Assembly (NCBI GenBank): GCA_963696385.1
Contig: CAVOKF010000001.1
Span: 224,001 to 288,000, forward strand
Direction of reading: 5' to 3'
From: an uncultured delta proteobacterium
GTDB taxonomy: Bacteria; Myxococcota_A; Polyangia; Polyangiales; Polyangiaceae
DNA length: 64,000 nucleotides
Position 1 is the first letter of the stretch. Every line of letters starts with the position of its first letter. The notes under the pieces were generated by a model. The model searched no databases. It saw nothing but the letters and a program-made list of their open reading frames with translations, and was not told the DNA's origin. Shown piece by piece: positions 27,835 through 38,219 of the stretch. The translations under genes and the position numbers were made by a program.

Positions 27835-29199
27835 TCAGCGCAAGTTCGACGCGTTCTTCCAGTGCTGGTCTTCGGAGCTCAGGGAGCCGTTTCCGAACAG
27901 GTACCGGAGGGTCAAGCTCGACTGAATGCCAAAAGGTGCCGTGTATCCCTGTTGTACCGCGGCGAGCATGCTCGCTTCGATTTCCTCCCGAGGATCGCTG
28001 TAGACTACGTTCGTGGGCTGAGCTTCGTTGACCGCTTTGTTGATTTGCTGCAGGCCGACCCACGGCGAGATGGTGAAGTTATCGGTGATGCGCCAGGTCG
28101 CCGACAGGCTCGCGGAGAAGCTGCGGTAATCGGCTTCCTCGATCAAGGCGGTTTCTCCGAGAGCGCCCGACACGTCGACCGGCGCGAAGTGCCAACTCAA
28201 GAAGATGTCGCAAAATTCACGTCCGACCATTTGATCGTCGATCCCTTGGATGTTCGTGACGTCGTAGCGCTCGAACTCGGGCCCGATCGCGCACCGGAAG
28301 CCGAAATTGCGCTGGTTTACCGTCTGCAACGGGACGAGATCGAACTCGACTCCGACCGACGCGTTCGCACGAAAATGGTAGTTGGCTTGCGGATTTTTCT
28401 CCGCGGACAGAAGCAGTCCGAGACTCCACCGCGTGTCCCCGGTGACCGCCCACGACAAGACGTTGGTCGCGTTTCCGCCCGCGAAATGAATGCTCGCCGT
28501 TTCCGAGGTGCCGGGAACCGGCTGGCTCTGCCGGCTGTAGTTTGCGCCGATCGATTGCTGGACCCTCCAGCCCGGTTCGGAATAGTTGAAGGACACGGTT
28601 GCGTTTCCTGCCGCGTTGATTCCCACCCCTTCGACATCGCTGAAGTACGTCCCGGCCGAGGGCACGACATACCACCGTAGGCTCTCTTGCTCCGGCCTTC
28701 CCGTATACGGGGGCGCTTGCGCCGGGTCGGCGACTTGGATGGTGAGCCGTCCGCCTTCGACCTTGGCTTCCGTCTTCTGTTCCATGAATTGAGCCAGGCC
28801 TCGTTCGAGCTTGGTCATGATGCGGACCGTCGCCGTCGTGGCGTCGATGCTGTCCGGGATCTTGTCGCTCGTCCGGACTTCGGTCGCGAAGCCGTTGACG
28901 TGCTTGCCGATGAAGCGGAACTCGAAGCGCGTGCCGCCCTCGGTGGGGACGCTCGTGAGCGAGACCACGACGCCAGCGTGTCTCGTGTCGCCCACCACGG
29001 TCAGAAACGGAATCTTGCTCGTGAGGCTGTTCTCGATGACCAAGCAGTCCACGCTGGCGCCCGGCAGATAACAGTCCCACTTCATCCGCAAATCGGCGCT
29101 TGCCGTCGGCGAGACGAACGTCGCGCAGATGGCCGCGAGGCGAGCGGTCCTTACCGCCCGGCCCCTCGGCCCGAAACCAGCGAACTCGACGAATCGCAT
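27835..29199 (-). CDS. Exported protein, probable outer-membrane beta-barrel
   Basis: Signal peptide ending ASA; alternating amphipathic strands; C-terminal LTLRYLFG. Confidence 0.7.
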   Translation of the reverse strand: MRFVEFAGFGPRGRAVRTARLAAICATFVSPTASADLRMKWDCYLPGASVDCLVIENSLTSKIPFLTVVGDTRHAGVVVSLTSVPTEGGTRFEFRFIGKHVNGFATEVRTSDKIPDSIDATTATVRIMTKLERGLAQFMEQKTEAKVEGGRLTIQVADPAQAPPYTGRPEQESLRWYVVPSAGTYFSDVEGVGINAAGNATVSFNYSEPGWRVQQSIGANYSRQSQPVPGTSETASIHFAGGNATNVLSWAVTGDTRWSLGLLLSAEKNPQANYHFRANASVGVEFDLVPLQTVNQRNFGFRCAIGPEFERYDVTNIQGIDDQMVGREFCDIFLSWHFAPVDVSGALGETALIEEADYRSFSASLSATWRITDNFTISPWVGLQQINKAVNEAQPTNVVYSDPREEIEASMLAAVQQGYTAPFGIQSSLTLRYLFGNGSLSSEDQHWKNASNLR

Positions 29200-29574
29200 C
29201 CCGAGGACCAGTACCGGACGCGACCCGAGGCGTGAAGCGGGGCTGGGGTGGCTCCGATCGGTGGGGCCCCGGGAGCTGCCCCGTCGAACGGCAGTCCCTG
29301 GATCGGGGTCGTGAGGCAGAGGCGCAAGGACGGCACGACGTTCGAAGCCGACGTCGCGGCGATCGAGACGGGGGACACCGACCGGGCGGCCACGATGATC
29401 CTGACCCGCGCCCCCGCCACGGTGTTACCGCGCTCGACCGGTTCCGCGGTTCAGCCCAGGCCGGCGGACCACGATCGTGGACCCTCGACGAGGGCCCGAG
29501 CCTCAACCGGGCCTGGGCATCGACGAATCGGCCGCGTGCCCTCGGGCGGGTCGCCCGGGGCAACGCCGCTCCTC

Positions 29575-30129
29575 TCAGGGGGAAGACGGTCCGGCCTTCG
29601 CCTTCGCGAACGCCTGTGCAAGGTCCAGAATCTGCTTCGCGTCAGCCGGGGAAAATGCCGCGACGCCGATGACGAAACCGTCCTTCGCCGGCCGCACGTC
29701 GATGTCCAACATCGCTCCGGAGATCCAGAACGGGTCGTTCGGAGTCGGCTGCGTCTGCCCGAGGGTAACTCGGGCATTGTGGCACTCGAGCTCCCGGTCG
29801 AGCCACTCGGCCGTGACGCCGGGAAGCGCGTTGATGGTTATTTTTGCGCCTCGAAGCTTACTGGTCTCACCGGATTTATCGGAATCGAAGGTGCTGTAGA
29901 GCGGCTCGACCTGCTGCACGGCCTTGCCATCGAGAATCGGCGCGATGGCACTGTCGGTGACCTCCGGACCGCAACGTGTGCGATCCGTGAATGCCGCTTG
30001 ATCGGCGGGGCCCTTCGCCGGCTCGCCGCAGCCGGCCGCCAGCGCGGCCGAAAGGACGGCCGCAAGGGCAGCGGCCTTTGCTGAAAGATGCAGTGCCCGT
30101 CGTTCGCCAATGGTTTCAGGGGTGATCAT
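29575..30129 (-). CDS. Hypothetical lipoprotein
   Basis: GGAGG RBS; LAAGC lipobox; PGVTAEWLDRELECH motif. Confidence 0.75.
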   Translation of the reverse strand: MITPETIGERRALHLSAKAAALAAVLSAALAAGCGEPAKGPADQAAFTDRTRCGPEVTDSAIAPILDGKAVQQVEPLYSTFDSDKSGETSKLRGAKITINALPGVTAEWLDRELECHNARVTLGQTQPTPNDPFWISGAMLDIDVRPAKDGFVIGVAAFSPADAKQILDLAQAFAKAKAGPSSP

Positions 30130-30615
30130 GGTTCCTCCAACAATGCCCGCTCGAGATCGGCCATCGCGATCCCTCGATCGCGATCGCTCGTGAGACGGAT
30201 TCAGGATGGCTTCTCCCCTCGGATCCAGAGACCGTGTCACTCGATAAGGCCGGTGGAGCCGCGATCCGGGAAGCGATAGGCAAGCAGAACGACCGGGCCG
30301 AGCGGCCCTGGTGGGTGCGACCGCCGCGCGTGGCGCGGGCGGGCCATTCGCCTGTTCCGTATCCCACGAGGTCGCACCGTAGACGGCCTCAACATAAAAA
30401 GAGCGCAGATTAGCCGGATGTCGTTATAAAGAATTCATCGAATGAACTAACGCGCATTGACGCCATGCCGGCGATGTCGCGTTGAAACCATGCCGACGCA
30501 TTCGCCAGGCACTGCGGGGGGTCGGCGCGCCGCCTATTGGGCATTCGCCAAGGGTCCACGATGCGTGTCATGACGTCGGCAACCGGCCGTCGCGCGGACC
30601 GCCGGGTCAGGAACA

Positions 30616-31389
30616 TCACGGGTGGATCGTCGTCGATTTCGCGATGGCGGGGGTCGAGACGGCGCTATCGAGATCGATCCGCTCCTGAAGGATCCGCAGG
30701 GCGTCCGCCGGATCGTCGGCGAAGTCGAACAGTCGCAGGTCCTCGGCCAGGATCATGCCGCGGCGAACGAGGGCGTCGAAGTCGACGATTTCGTGCCAGT
30801 ACGAGGAGCCGTAAAGCAGCACGCAGATCCGCCGATCGAGCTTGCGAGTCTGCGCGAGCGTGAGCATCTCGAACACCTCATCGATCGTGCCGAAGCCGCC
30901 GGGAAAAGCGACGATGGCGCGTGCGAGGTGCGAAAACCAGAGTTTTCGCATGAAGAAGTAGTGGAACTGGAACGTCAGCTCCGGCACGAGGTAGGCATTC
31001 GGGCGCTGTTCGTGCGGCAGTCCGATGTTGAGGCCGATCGTGCGGCCCCCGGCTTCCACGGCGCCGCGGTTGGCCGCCTCCATGATTCCACCGCCGCCGC
31101 CCGAGCAGACGACGAGCCGATTTCGATCGCCGGGCAGCGATCGCGACCACTGGGTGACGATCCGCGCCAAGCGGCGTGCGTCCTCGTAGTAGCGCCCCAT
31201 GGGGCCGTCCTCTTGCAGCCGCGATGACCCGAGAAAGACCACCGTGTCGTGTACGCGCTCGCGGGTGAAGGCGGCGAGCGGTGCCAGGTATTCCGAGAGG
31301 ATCCGGACGGCGCGGGCATCGTCGCTCTCGAGAAAGTGTGCGTCGCGGTACGCAAGCGGTGGATCGGCACGTGAAACCGGGTCGGTCAT
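30616..31389 (-). CDS. LOG-family (TIGR00730-like) nucleotide phosphoribohydrolase
   Basis: SGGGGGIMEAANRGA, FHYFFMRK, PGGFGTIDE. Confidence 0.92.
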   Translation of the reverse strand: MTDPVSRADPPLAYRDAHFLESDDARAVRILSEYLAPLAAFTRERVHDTVVFLGSSRLQEDGPMGRYYEDARRLARIVTQWSRSLPGDRNRLVVCSGGGGGIMEAANRGAVEAGGRTIGLNIGLPHEQRPNAYLVPELTFQFHYFFMRKLWFSHLARAIVAFPGGFGTIDEVFEMLTLAQTRKLDRRICVLLYGSSYWHEIVDFDALVRRGMILAEDLRLFDFADDPADALRILQERIDLDSAVSTPAIAKSTTIHP

Positions 31390-31628
31390 GGTCGCCGGCC
31401 GAACGTAGCTTGTCGCGCGGGACCGTGACCATCACCGTTGTCGGTGCCCCGCCCATGGCTGCCTGGCCCGAACGTGTGCAACATCATGAGCCACGGGCTC
31501 GTGCTCGCGATCCTCGTTTCGCTCGCCGGCCTGCTCGTGCGGGTCCCGTCATGGCGTTCGGGCTTTTCGTGGGACGGGTCCAGGCCTACATCTTCGCGAT
31601 GCTCGCGACCGTGACCTCCGTCGCGAGA

Positions 31629-31976
31629 TCACGGCGTCGGTGCGGGCACCCATCCGCCCGGCACGAGCCGATAGGAGCCGTCCGGATCGTGCTCCCAGTG
31701 AGCGGGAGACCACGCGTAACCAGGCTGGAGTGCCATCCAGCGGCCCTCGATCCAGACCCACTGTTGGTTCTCGAGGGTCCAGTAGCCGGGCTGCCAGGCG
31801 TATCCGGGCCGCGGCTCCGGCACGTACACCACGCGCGGAGGGGGCGGCTGGGCTGCACTGACCACGGCCGCGGTCACGATGGCGGTGCCCACGATCGCAG
31901 GAAAAAGGCCGGCCCCGCGCACCATGCACGCCGAGCCCGCCCACGTCAGCAGGAAGAGAACAGGCGCCCATCTCAT
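31629..31976 (-). CDS. YXWGXW-repeat lipoprotein
   Basis: GSAC lipobox; PGYAWQPGYW, WVWIEGRW, GYAWSPAHW. Confidence 0.8.
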   Translation of the reverse strand: MRWAPVLFLLTWAGSACMVRGAGLFPAIVGTAIVTAAVVSAAQPPPPRVVYVPEPRPGYAWQPGYWTLENQQWVWIEGRWMALQPGYAWSPAHWEHDPDGSYRLVPGGWVPAPTP

Positions 31977-32054
31977 GGCCGCCTCGGCTGCAAGAAGCGT
32001 GCTTCGCCGCGGCTGGTTGTTCGCGGCGCGATTTTCGACTTGCAGGCGCAATCG

Positions 32055-32600
32055 TCAAACCAAGGCCACGGTGCTCGCGTGCGGCCCGGTTTCTCCCGTG
32101 TCTTCGACGAAACGCACCCGGTCGCCGACCTTGAGACGGTCGAATGCCGCGTCGAGGACGCTATTTCGGTGGAAATACAGCTCGTCGCCTTCCGCGGTCC
32201 CGAGAAAGCCGAAGCCCTCGTAGGGGAACAGCTTGGTCACGTGACCGTGGCGCGACCGCTCGTGGGCCTTCACGTCGCCGCGCCGGCGCCGCACGAAGTC
32301 TTGCAGCCGTCGATCGATGTCGTCGAAGGCCGAGTCGACGGCCGCGTAGAGATCCTCGTAACTCTTCGCGTCGTCCGGTGATCGCACCGCGACGACTTCT
32401 CCGCCGGGTAGCGTCACGTCGATGCGAACGCGATAGTGTTCGCCGTGCCGAGCATGATGATGAGGCATCTCGAGCGCCACCCGGCAGGACGTGAGCCGGT
32501 CGGCCAGCAACTCGAGCTTGGCCGCGCGCGTCCGCACGTAGTGCTCCACCGCGTCCGAGTGCGGCACCCCATGGAACGTGATCTGGAGGGGGATCTGCAT
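32055..32600 (-). CDS. HPF/RaiA ribosome-associated protein fused to a cold-shock domain
   Basis: MQIPLQITF, DLYAAVDSAFD; CSD motifs GFGFL and LYFHRNSV. Confidence 0.9.
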   Translation of the reverse strand: MQIPLQITFHGVPHSDAVEHYVRTRAAKLELLADRLTSCRVALEMPHHHARHGEHYRVRIDVTLPGGEVVAVRSPDDAKSYEDLYAAVDSAFDDIDRRLQDFVRRRRGDVKAHERSRHGHVTKLFPYEGFGFLGTAEGDELYFHRNSVLDAAFDRLKVGDRVRFVEDTGETGPHASTVALV

Positions 32601-32833
32601 GACTCTCGCATGCGTAAGCAAGTCTCACGCCTTGCCGTGTCCGGGCCTATCCAAAGCGTCGTGGGATCTTCGCGGACGCAAGCTTTGCGGCCATCCGCAA
32701 GACACGAGTCGATCCGCGCGACGCGATCCCGCGCGAAGCCGACCTGTGCAGGACGACCGCGGCGTTTCCCGGTCCGCGTTGGGGTGTGCATTCGCGGGTA
32801 GGTGGTCGTCACGAAGGCACGATCGATCGGCTG

Positions 32834-32849
32834 TGGAACGATCGTTGCT
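32834..32849 (+). promoter_or_regulatory. Putative sigma-54 promoter
   Basis: TGGAACG-ATCG-TTGCT. Confidence 0.6.
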
Positions 32850-32928
32850 GTACGCCCGATCCCGTCGCTGTCACCGAACCAGGAGGCGCCGTCGTGAATC
32901 GGAAAGCCGCGTGGGTCCTATGCGTCGC

Positions 32929-34150
32929 ATGATGGAGAAGGAGCCTGTCCGGAGTGCGCGCTCGCAGATCTCCGCGGCACTCATGCTGAGCTTTGCCGAG
33001 CGGACCGGGCTGACGGCCTCGAGCGGCGGTCGTCGCTATTTACTGGACGGACGCCTTTGCGGTCTGCATGTTCCTGGGGCTTGCTCGTGCCACGCGCGAC
33101 AAGCGCTACGCAGACCTTGCTCTCCGGTTGGTTGACCGCGTGCATCACGGCCTGGGACGCCACAGAGCCGATGATGCGCGCAGGGGCTGGATCAGCGGGC
33201 TCGGCGAGCCGGAAGGCAGCGCCCATCCTACGCTCGGTGGCTTGCGCATCGGCAAGGGCTTCCCGGAACGGGCGCCCGGACAACCGTTCGATGAATCGGC
33301 CGAATGGGACCGCGATGGGCAATATTACCATTACCTGACGAAGTGGATGCACGCCCTTGACCAGACGAGCCGCTTTTTCGCGGCACCCAAGTTCAATGTC
33401 TGGGCGTGCGAACTCGCCCAAACCGCCCACGCCGCGTTCGTGTACGGCGGCCCGGGCGAGGGCCGTCGCATGTACTGGAAGATGAGCATCGACCTCAAGC
33501 GTCCGCTCGTGCCGTCCATGGGTCAGCACGATCCGCTCGACGGCTACCTCACCTGCCTGCAGCTCGAGACCACCGCTGCGGCGTTACGCGCCGGCGATTC
33601 GCCGGACCTGCGTGGCGAGGTCTCCGACTTCGCCCGCATGTGCGTCGGTCGCGATCTGGCGACGACCGACCCGCTCGGCATCGGCGGGCTCCTCGCGGAT
33701 GCGTACCGGGCCGAACAGATCCGTCCGGCAGGGATGCTTCCGCACGCCGCGCGGGTCGACGATTGGCTGCGCGCGGCGGTCGTCGGGCTCGAACGGCGCC
33801 GTTGGCGGAGCGAGCTCCAAGAGACCGCCGAGAACCGCCTCGCGTTCCGCGAGCTCGGTCTCGCCATCGGTCTGCAAGCCGCGGCCGGTCTGCGCGGCGG
33901 CGCCGGAGGCGGCGATCCACGCAGCAGCTTGCTCGAGGCTCTGCGGCGTTTCGAGTGGCTTCGCCCGGAGATTGAGGCTTTTTGGCTCGATCCCCGTCAT
34001 CAAACGGTCCGGTCGTGGACCGAGCATCGCGACATCAACGAGGTGATGCTTGCAACGAGCCTGATGCCGGAAGGCTTCCTGCGGCTCGACCCGGTCCACG
34101 ATCGTGGGTCTGAATCTGTGCCCGATGCTGAGCTCGCCCAACTCCGCTGA
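32929..34150 (+). pseudogene. Conserved hypothetical protein (RYLWTDAF / DGQYYHYLTKW family) with a +1 frameshift at 33043
   Basis: CGC TAT TTA C TGG ACG GAC GCC TTT: removing one C joins FAERTGL..RRYL to WTDAFAVC and the 33068 ORF. Confidence 0.75.
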
Positions 34151-34151
34151 T

Positions 34152-34195
34152 TCGGGGTCGAGGTCGGGGGTAGGTCGAGGTCGGGGTCGGGGTCG
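34152..34195. repeat. Short GGGGTC/GAGGTC array
   Basis: tcggggtcgaggtcgggggtaggtcgaggtcggggtcggggtcg, directly after a stop codon and between convergent genes. Confidence 0.8.
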
Positions 34196-34230
34196 CTACC
34201 GCGGATCCCGCGCCTTGGACGGGAGCGCCG

Positions 34231-35187
34231 TCAGGGCTGCAGTGCCTTCTCGATCCGATCCATCACCGGCGCCGTGAGTGCGTCGACGAAGTCGAGCGCA
34301 CGCATGTTTTCCACGACCTGACTTTTTTTGCTGGCACCGGTAATGACGGTCGAAACGTGTGGATTCTTCAGGCACCAGGCAATGGCCAGTTGCGCTGTGG
34401 AGCAACCGAGATCTTTCGCGATGGCGGCGAGAGCCCGCACGACGTCGATGCGTTTCGGCTCGAGGACATGCTCTTTCAGCCAGCCCATATTGGGCAGGTC
34501 GAGTCGGGTTCCCTTCGGAATGCCGTCGTTGTACTTTCCGCTCAGAACGCCAGACGCGAGCGGGCTCCACGTGGTCGTTCCGGTTCCGATTTTTTCGTAG
34601 ATCGGACGATACTCCTGCTCGACACGCTCGCGCACGAAGAGGTTGTATTGGGGCTGCTCCATGACAGGAGGCGTCAGCCCGTTGCTGCTGGCGAATTGAT
34701 GCGCGCGCAGTATCTCGTCGGCGCTCCACTCGCTCGTTCCCCAGTAGAAGACCTTGCCTTGGCGAACCAGAATGTCCCACGCTCGCACGGTTTCCTCGAT
34801 CGGCGTCTCGGGGTCGGGGCGGTGGCAAAACGCGAGGTCGACGTAATCGAGCTTTAGGCGCTTCAAGGCGCCGTGCAAGCCTTCGATGATGTGCTTGTGG
34901 CTCAAGCCCGTCTCGTTGGGGCGCTCGCCGCCCCAAAAAATTTTCGTCGAAACGACGAAGGTTTCGCGCCGCCAACCCACCTGTCGGAGCACGCGGCCCA
35001 TGGTCTCTTCGGCACGTCCCGCGCCATAGGCCTCCGCATTGTCGAAGAAGTTGACGCCGGCCTCGTAGGCCGCCGTCATGCACTCGAGCGCCGTCTCGTC
35101 GCCCACTTGGGCGCCGTACGTGACCCACGCGCCGAGCGAGAGCTCACTGAGTTTGAGGCCTGACCGACCGAGACGGCGATAACGCAT
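34231..35187 (-). CDS. Aldo/keto reductase (Kv-beta-like)
   Basis: [38 protein letters not shown]. Confidence 0.95.
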   Translation of the reverse strand: MRYRRLGRSGLKLSELSLGAWVTYGAQVGDETALECMTAAYEAGVNFFDNAEAYGAGRAEETMGRVLRQVGWRRETFVVSTKIFWGGERPNETGLSHKHIIEGLHGALKRLKLDYVDLAFCHRPDPETPIEETVRAWDILVRQGKVFYWGTSEWSADEILRAHQFASSNGLTPPVMEQPQYNLFVRERVEQEYRPIYEKIGTGTTTWSPLASGVLSGKYNDGIPKGTRLDLPNMGWLKEHVLEPKRIDVVRALAAIAKDLGCSTAQLAIAWCLKNPHVSTVITGASKKSQVVENMRALDFVDALTAPVMDRIEKALQP

Positions 35188-35309
35188 GAATCTGTCCTTC
35201 CGAGTGGCGTCCGAACGCCCCGGCCGGCACTATGCCACGGCTCGAGCCGAGGACGGCCGTCTTGGGTGCCCAAACCGCGGTCTCACCCGCGGTCCGAGCG
35301 CCGGCGGGG

Positions 35310-36305
35310 CTAGCGCGCCTCGCCCGGCCGCGGATCGTCGGACGCACCCGTCGGTGCGGTGGCGCGGAGCAGGCGATCGGCCAGAACGCGCAGTCGGCCG
35401 AGCAGCTCGGGGGGCTCGCGCACCTCGAAATCGACGCCGAGCGAGGCGATCCACGCGGCGAGCCAGTCGAGCGACGTCGCGCCGGTGTGAAGCTCGCATG
35501 TGGAGTCGTCGACCGGCTCGAGCCGGCCCGCCCAAGGCGGCACGCGCGCGGTCACGGCATCGACGGGGGCGCGGAGCAGCACGCGCGCCCGAAGGGGCTG
35601 CGTGACCGCCGAGACCGACCGCGACACGTACGCGGCGAGGTCGCGGTCGGGAGGATCGCGCGCGACGAAGCGCATCCCCGTCGTGACCTTCGGCGCGATG
35701 CGGTCGACGCGGAAGGTACGCCAGCTCGCGCGCGTGACGTCCCAGCCGACGAGGTACCAGCGCCGGCCGGTGTGAACGAGGCCGCTCGGTTCGACGGTTC
35801 GGCGGCTCGCCGTGCCGTCGTGGCCCCGGTAGTCGAACCGGATCTGCTCATGGTCGCCGCAGGCGCCGGCGATGACCGACAGCGCCACGGGATCCACGGT
35901 CGGACCGGCGTTCGCGAATGGGACGATGAACGTGTGCAGGGCCGCGACTCGCCGGCGCAGTCGCGAAGGCAGGACCTGTTCGAGCTTCGTGAGCGCGCGC
36001 AGCGCGGCTTCCTCCATGCCGGCCACCGTTCCGCCTGCGGCCGTCCTCAGGCCAACCGAGACGGCGAGGGCCTCGTCGTCGTCGAGCAGAAGCGGCGGAA
36101 GCGCCGCGCCGGCCCCCAGCCGGTACCCGCCGGCCATCCCCGAGGTCGAATGCACCGGGTAGCCAAGGCTGCGCAGCCGGTCGACGTCGCGCCGCAGCGT
36201 TCGACCGGTGACCTCGAGCCGATCGGCGAGGTCGGCCCCCGACCAGTGCCGGCGCGCCTGGAGCAGCGACAAGAGGCTCAAGAGGCGCGCGGCGGTTTGC
36301 AACAT
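35310..36305 (-). CDS. YafY/PafB-like HTH-WYL transcriptional regulator
   Basis: RTLRRDVDRLRSLGYPV, GGYRL, RWYLVGWD, WRTFRVDRI. Confidence 0.95.
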   Translation of the reverse strand: MLQTAARLLSLLSLLQARRHWSGADLADRLEVTGRTLRRDVDRLRSLGYPVHSTSGMAGGYRLGAGAALPPLLLDDDEALAVSVGLRTAAGGTVAGMEEAALRALTKLEQVLPSRLRRRVAALHTFIVPFANAGPTVDPVALSVIAGACGDHEQIRFDYRGHDGTASRRTVEPSGLVHTGRRWYLVGWDVTRASWRTFRVDRIAPKVTTGMRFVARDPPDRDLAAYVSRSVSAVTQPLRARVLLRAPVDAVTARVPPWAGRLEPVDDSTCELHTGATSLDWLAAWIASLGVDFEVREPPELLGRLRVLADRLLRATAPTGASDDPRPGEAR

Positions 36306-36431
36306 CGACGAGGGCGAGATTGTGCCATCAGGTTGGGGAACGATCCTGTCCTCGACGTGTCCTAGGGTCTCGGACAGCTCGCGCACGGAGCCGATGGGGC
36401 CGGCTCACCGCACCGAAAGGAGCTTTTTGCC

Positions 36432-36695
36432 ATGTCCATCGTGTTCTACAAGGCGTCGACGAGGTCGAGCGCATCGCCCGTGTCGTGGGCCCTCGCCGAG
36501 GTCGGCGTGCCGCACGAGAGGGTCACCTTCGATCTCGCCGCCCAGGAGCAGAAGAAGCCGGAGTTTCTCAAGCTGAATCCGAACGGCAAGGTGCCGCCGC
36601 TGCTCGTCGACGGCACCCCCATGTTCGAGGGGCGCCACGTCTCGGAGTGGGTCGCACGCTGCCAGTCGCGCGCCGCGGCGCGCGACCCGGGGTGA
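36432..36695 (+). pseudogene. Glutathione S-transferase with an internal deletion
   Basis: AAGGAG RBS. GST N-domain EFLKLNPNGKVP.L.DGTPMFE is fused directly to a C-terminal-like HVSEWVARCQSR. Confidence 0.75.
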
Positions 36696-36720
36696 ACGGG
36701 TGGCAGCGTCGAACTCCTCG

Positions 36721-36954
36721 ATGAGCACCGGGTGGCGCGCCGCGCAAACGGGCGCGCGCACCTTGCGCTGCGGTCGGTGCCGGCGTGAATATGCCGAGGC
36801 CGTGTGGGGCAGCCTCGAACTCGTCGAGCGGCTCGTCGCCGCGCGCATCCGTGCGATGGTGACGTCGTGGCCCGACGACGTCGCGATCGAGATCCGACGG
36901 TGTCGCGCCTGCCAAGGGGTCATCGCGCGAAAGTCCGCCGGCGCGTGTTCGTGA
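36721..36954 (+). CDS. Small CxxC..CxxC zinc-ribbon protein
   Basis: RCGRCRREY..W..LELV..IEIRRCRAC. Confidence 0.55.
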   Translation: MSTGWRAAQTGARTLRCGRCRREYAEAVWGSLELVERLVAARIRAMVTSWPDDVAIEIRRCRACQGVIARKSAGACS

Positions 36955-37050
36955 GGCGGCATTTGTCCTGACCTCTTGTCTGCGAGAAAAGACGTTGTTC
37001 CGACACGGGGGCAAGCAGTACGCTTGCTGGCGAGAGGGAGTGACTCGATC

Positions 37051-38064
37051 ATGGCATCTCGCGTCCGAGGGTGGTGGGCGGGCGGCGTTCTGCTGCCTCT
37101 AGCCACGATCACCGGGTGCGGCGGTGCAGTGACCGGCGACGGCCCGCTCCTCCGCTCCGAGGCGAGCTCTTCAAGCCGAACCAGCTCGGGTTCGAGCATC
37201 TCGAATGGCGGCGAGGAAGGCCCAATTTTATTGGGCTCCTTGGACGCGGGCATCGCGAGCGCGGCGATCGGCGCGTGCTCCGCCGCATCCCAGCTCGTCT
37301 ACGTGCTCTCGACCGACGGCGAAATCTACAGCTTCGATCCACCCACCAAAGTGTTCACGGATGTCGCCACGCTGCAGTGCCCGAGTGGCAACGCCGTACC
37401 GAATTCGATGGCCGTCGACCGGCAGGGAAATGCCTGGGTGAACTACGTCTACAACGACGCTCAGGGCGAAACCGTGGGCGGGGCCGTCTTCAAAGTCGCC
37501 ATCGCAACCGGAAATTGCGAGGCGACGAATATCGTGCTTCCGGCGGGCTGGTATCACATCGGAATGGGCTTTTCGACGGCCTCTGCCACCGACTCCACCG
37601 ACACGCTCTACGTCGCGGGCGATAACCTGACGGGCACGTGCTCGGACGCGGTCGGATCCTCGCTCGGCTTGGGCAGCATCGACACGATCGCCGGGACGCT
37701 GTCGCCCCTGGGTTCCTTCTCGGGCGGGCTTCTCGGGCAGGGCGCCGAGCTCACGGGGACCGGAGACGGCAGGCTCTTCGGCTTCTTCGACCTGTCCGTC
37801 GCCGAAGTGGCGCAGATCGACAAGGCAAGCGGAGCGACGTCGGCCCCCATTTCGATGACCGGGGTGCCGTGCCCGTGGGACTTCGCGTTCTCGTTCTGGG
37901 GTGGCGATTTCTACCTCTACACGTCCCGTGAGAACTCCAATTCGAGCGTCACGCACTACACGAGCGCAGACGGCGGAATCGACACGAACTACGTGCCCGA
38001 CACGGGGTTTTCGATCGTCGGGGCCGGGGTCTCGACGTGCGCGCCGACGGCCCAGCCCCGTTGA
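37051..38064 (+). CDS. Lipoprotein, probable beta-propeller
   Basis: ITGC lipobox; SMAVDRQGNAWV, AELTGTGDGRLFGFF, FAFSFWGGDFY, IVGAGVSTCAP. Confidence 0.8.
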   Translation: MASRVRGWWAGGVLLPLATITGCGGAVTGDGPLLRSEASSSSRTSSGSSISNGGEEGPILLGSLDAGIASAAIGACSAASQLVYVLSTDGEIYSFDPPTKVFTDVATLQCPSGNAVPNSMAVDRQGNAWVNYVYNDAQGETVGGAVFKVAIATGNCEATNIVLPAGWYHIGMGFSTASATDSTDTLYVAGDNLTGTCSDAVGSSLGLGSIDTIAGTLSPLGSFSGGLLGQGAELTGTGDGRLFGFFDLSVAEVAQIDKASGATSAPISMTGVPCPWDFAFSFWGGDFYLYTSRENSNSSVTHYTSADGGIDTNYVPDTGFSIVGAGVSTCAPTAQPR

Positions 38065-38219
38065 CAGGACCATCCCGACGGTCACGCGACAATCGCGGAT
38101 CATGCCAACGGTCCAGTGAGCCATACGCGGCAATAGCTGCGCCGAGGACGGCCCCGCATGCCACCCGCGCTTTTCCGCGACGTCAACCGCTCATCCCCGT
38201 CTCTGGCGTTGGATTCCGT

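Noticed and set aside
32678..32693. Sigma-54 promoter for HPF-CSD (TGGCCGCAAAGCTTGC)
   Set aside because: GG-to-GC spacing is 11, not the required 10.
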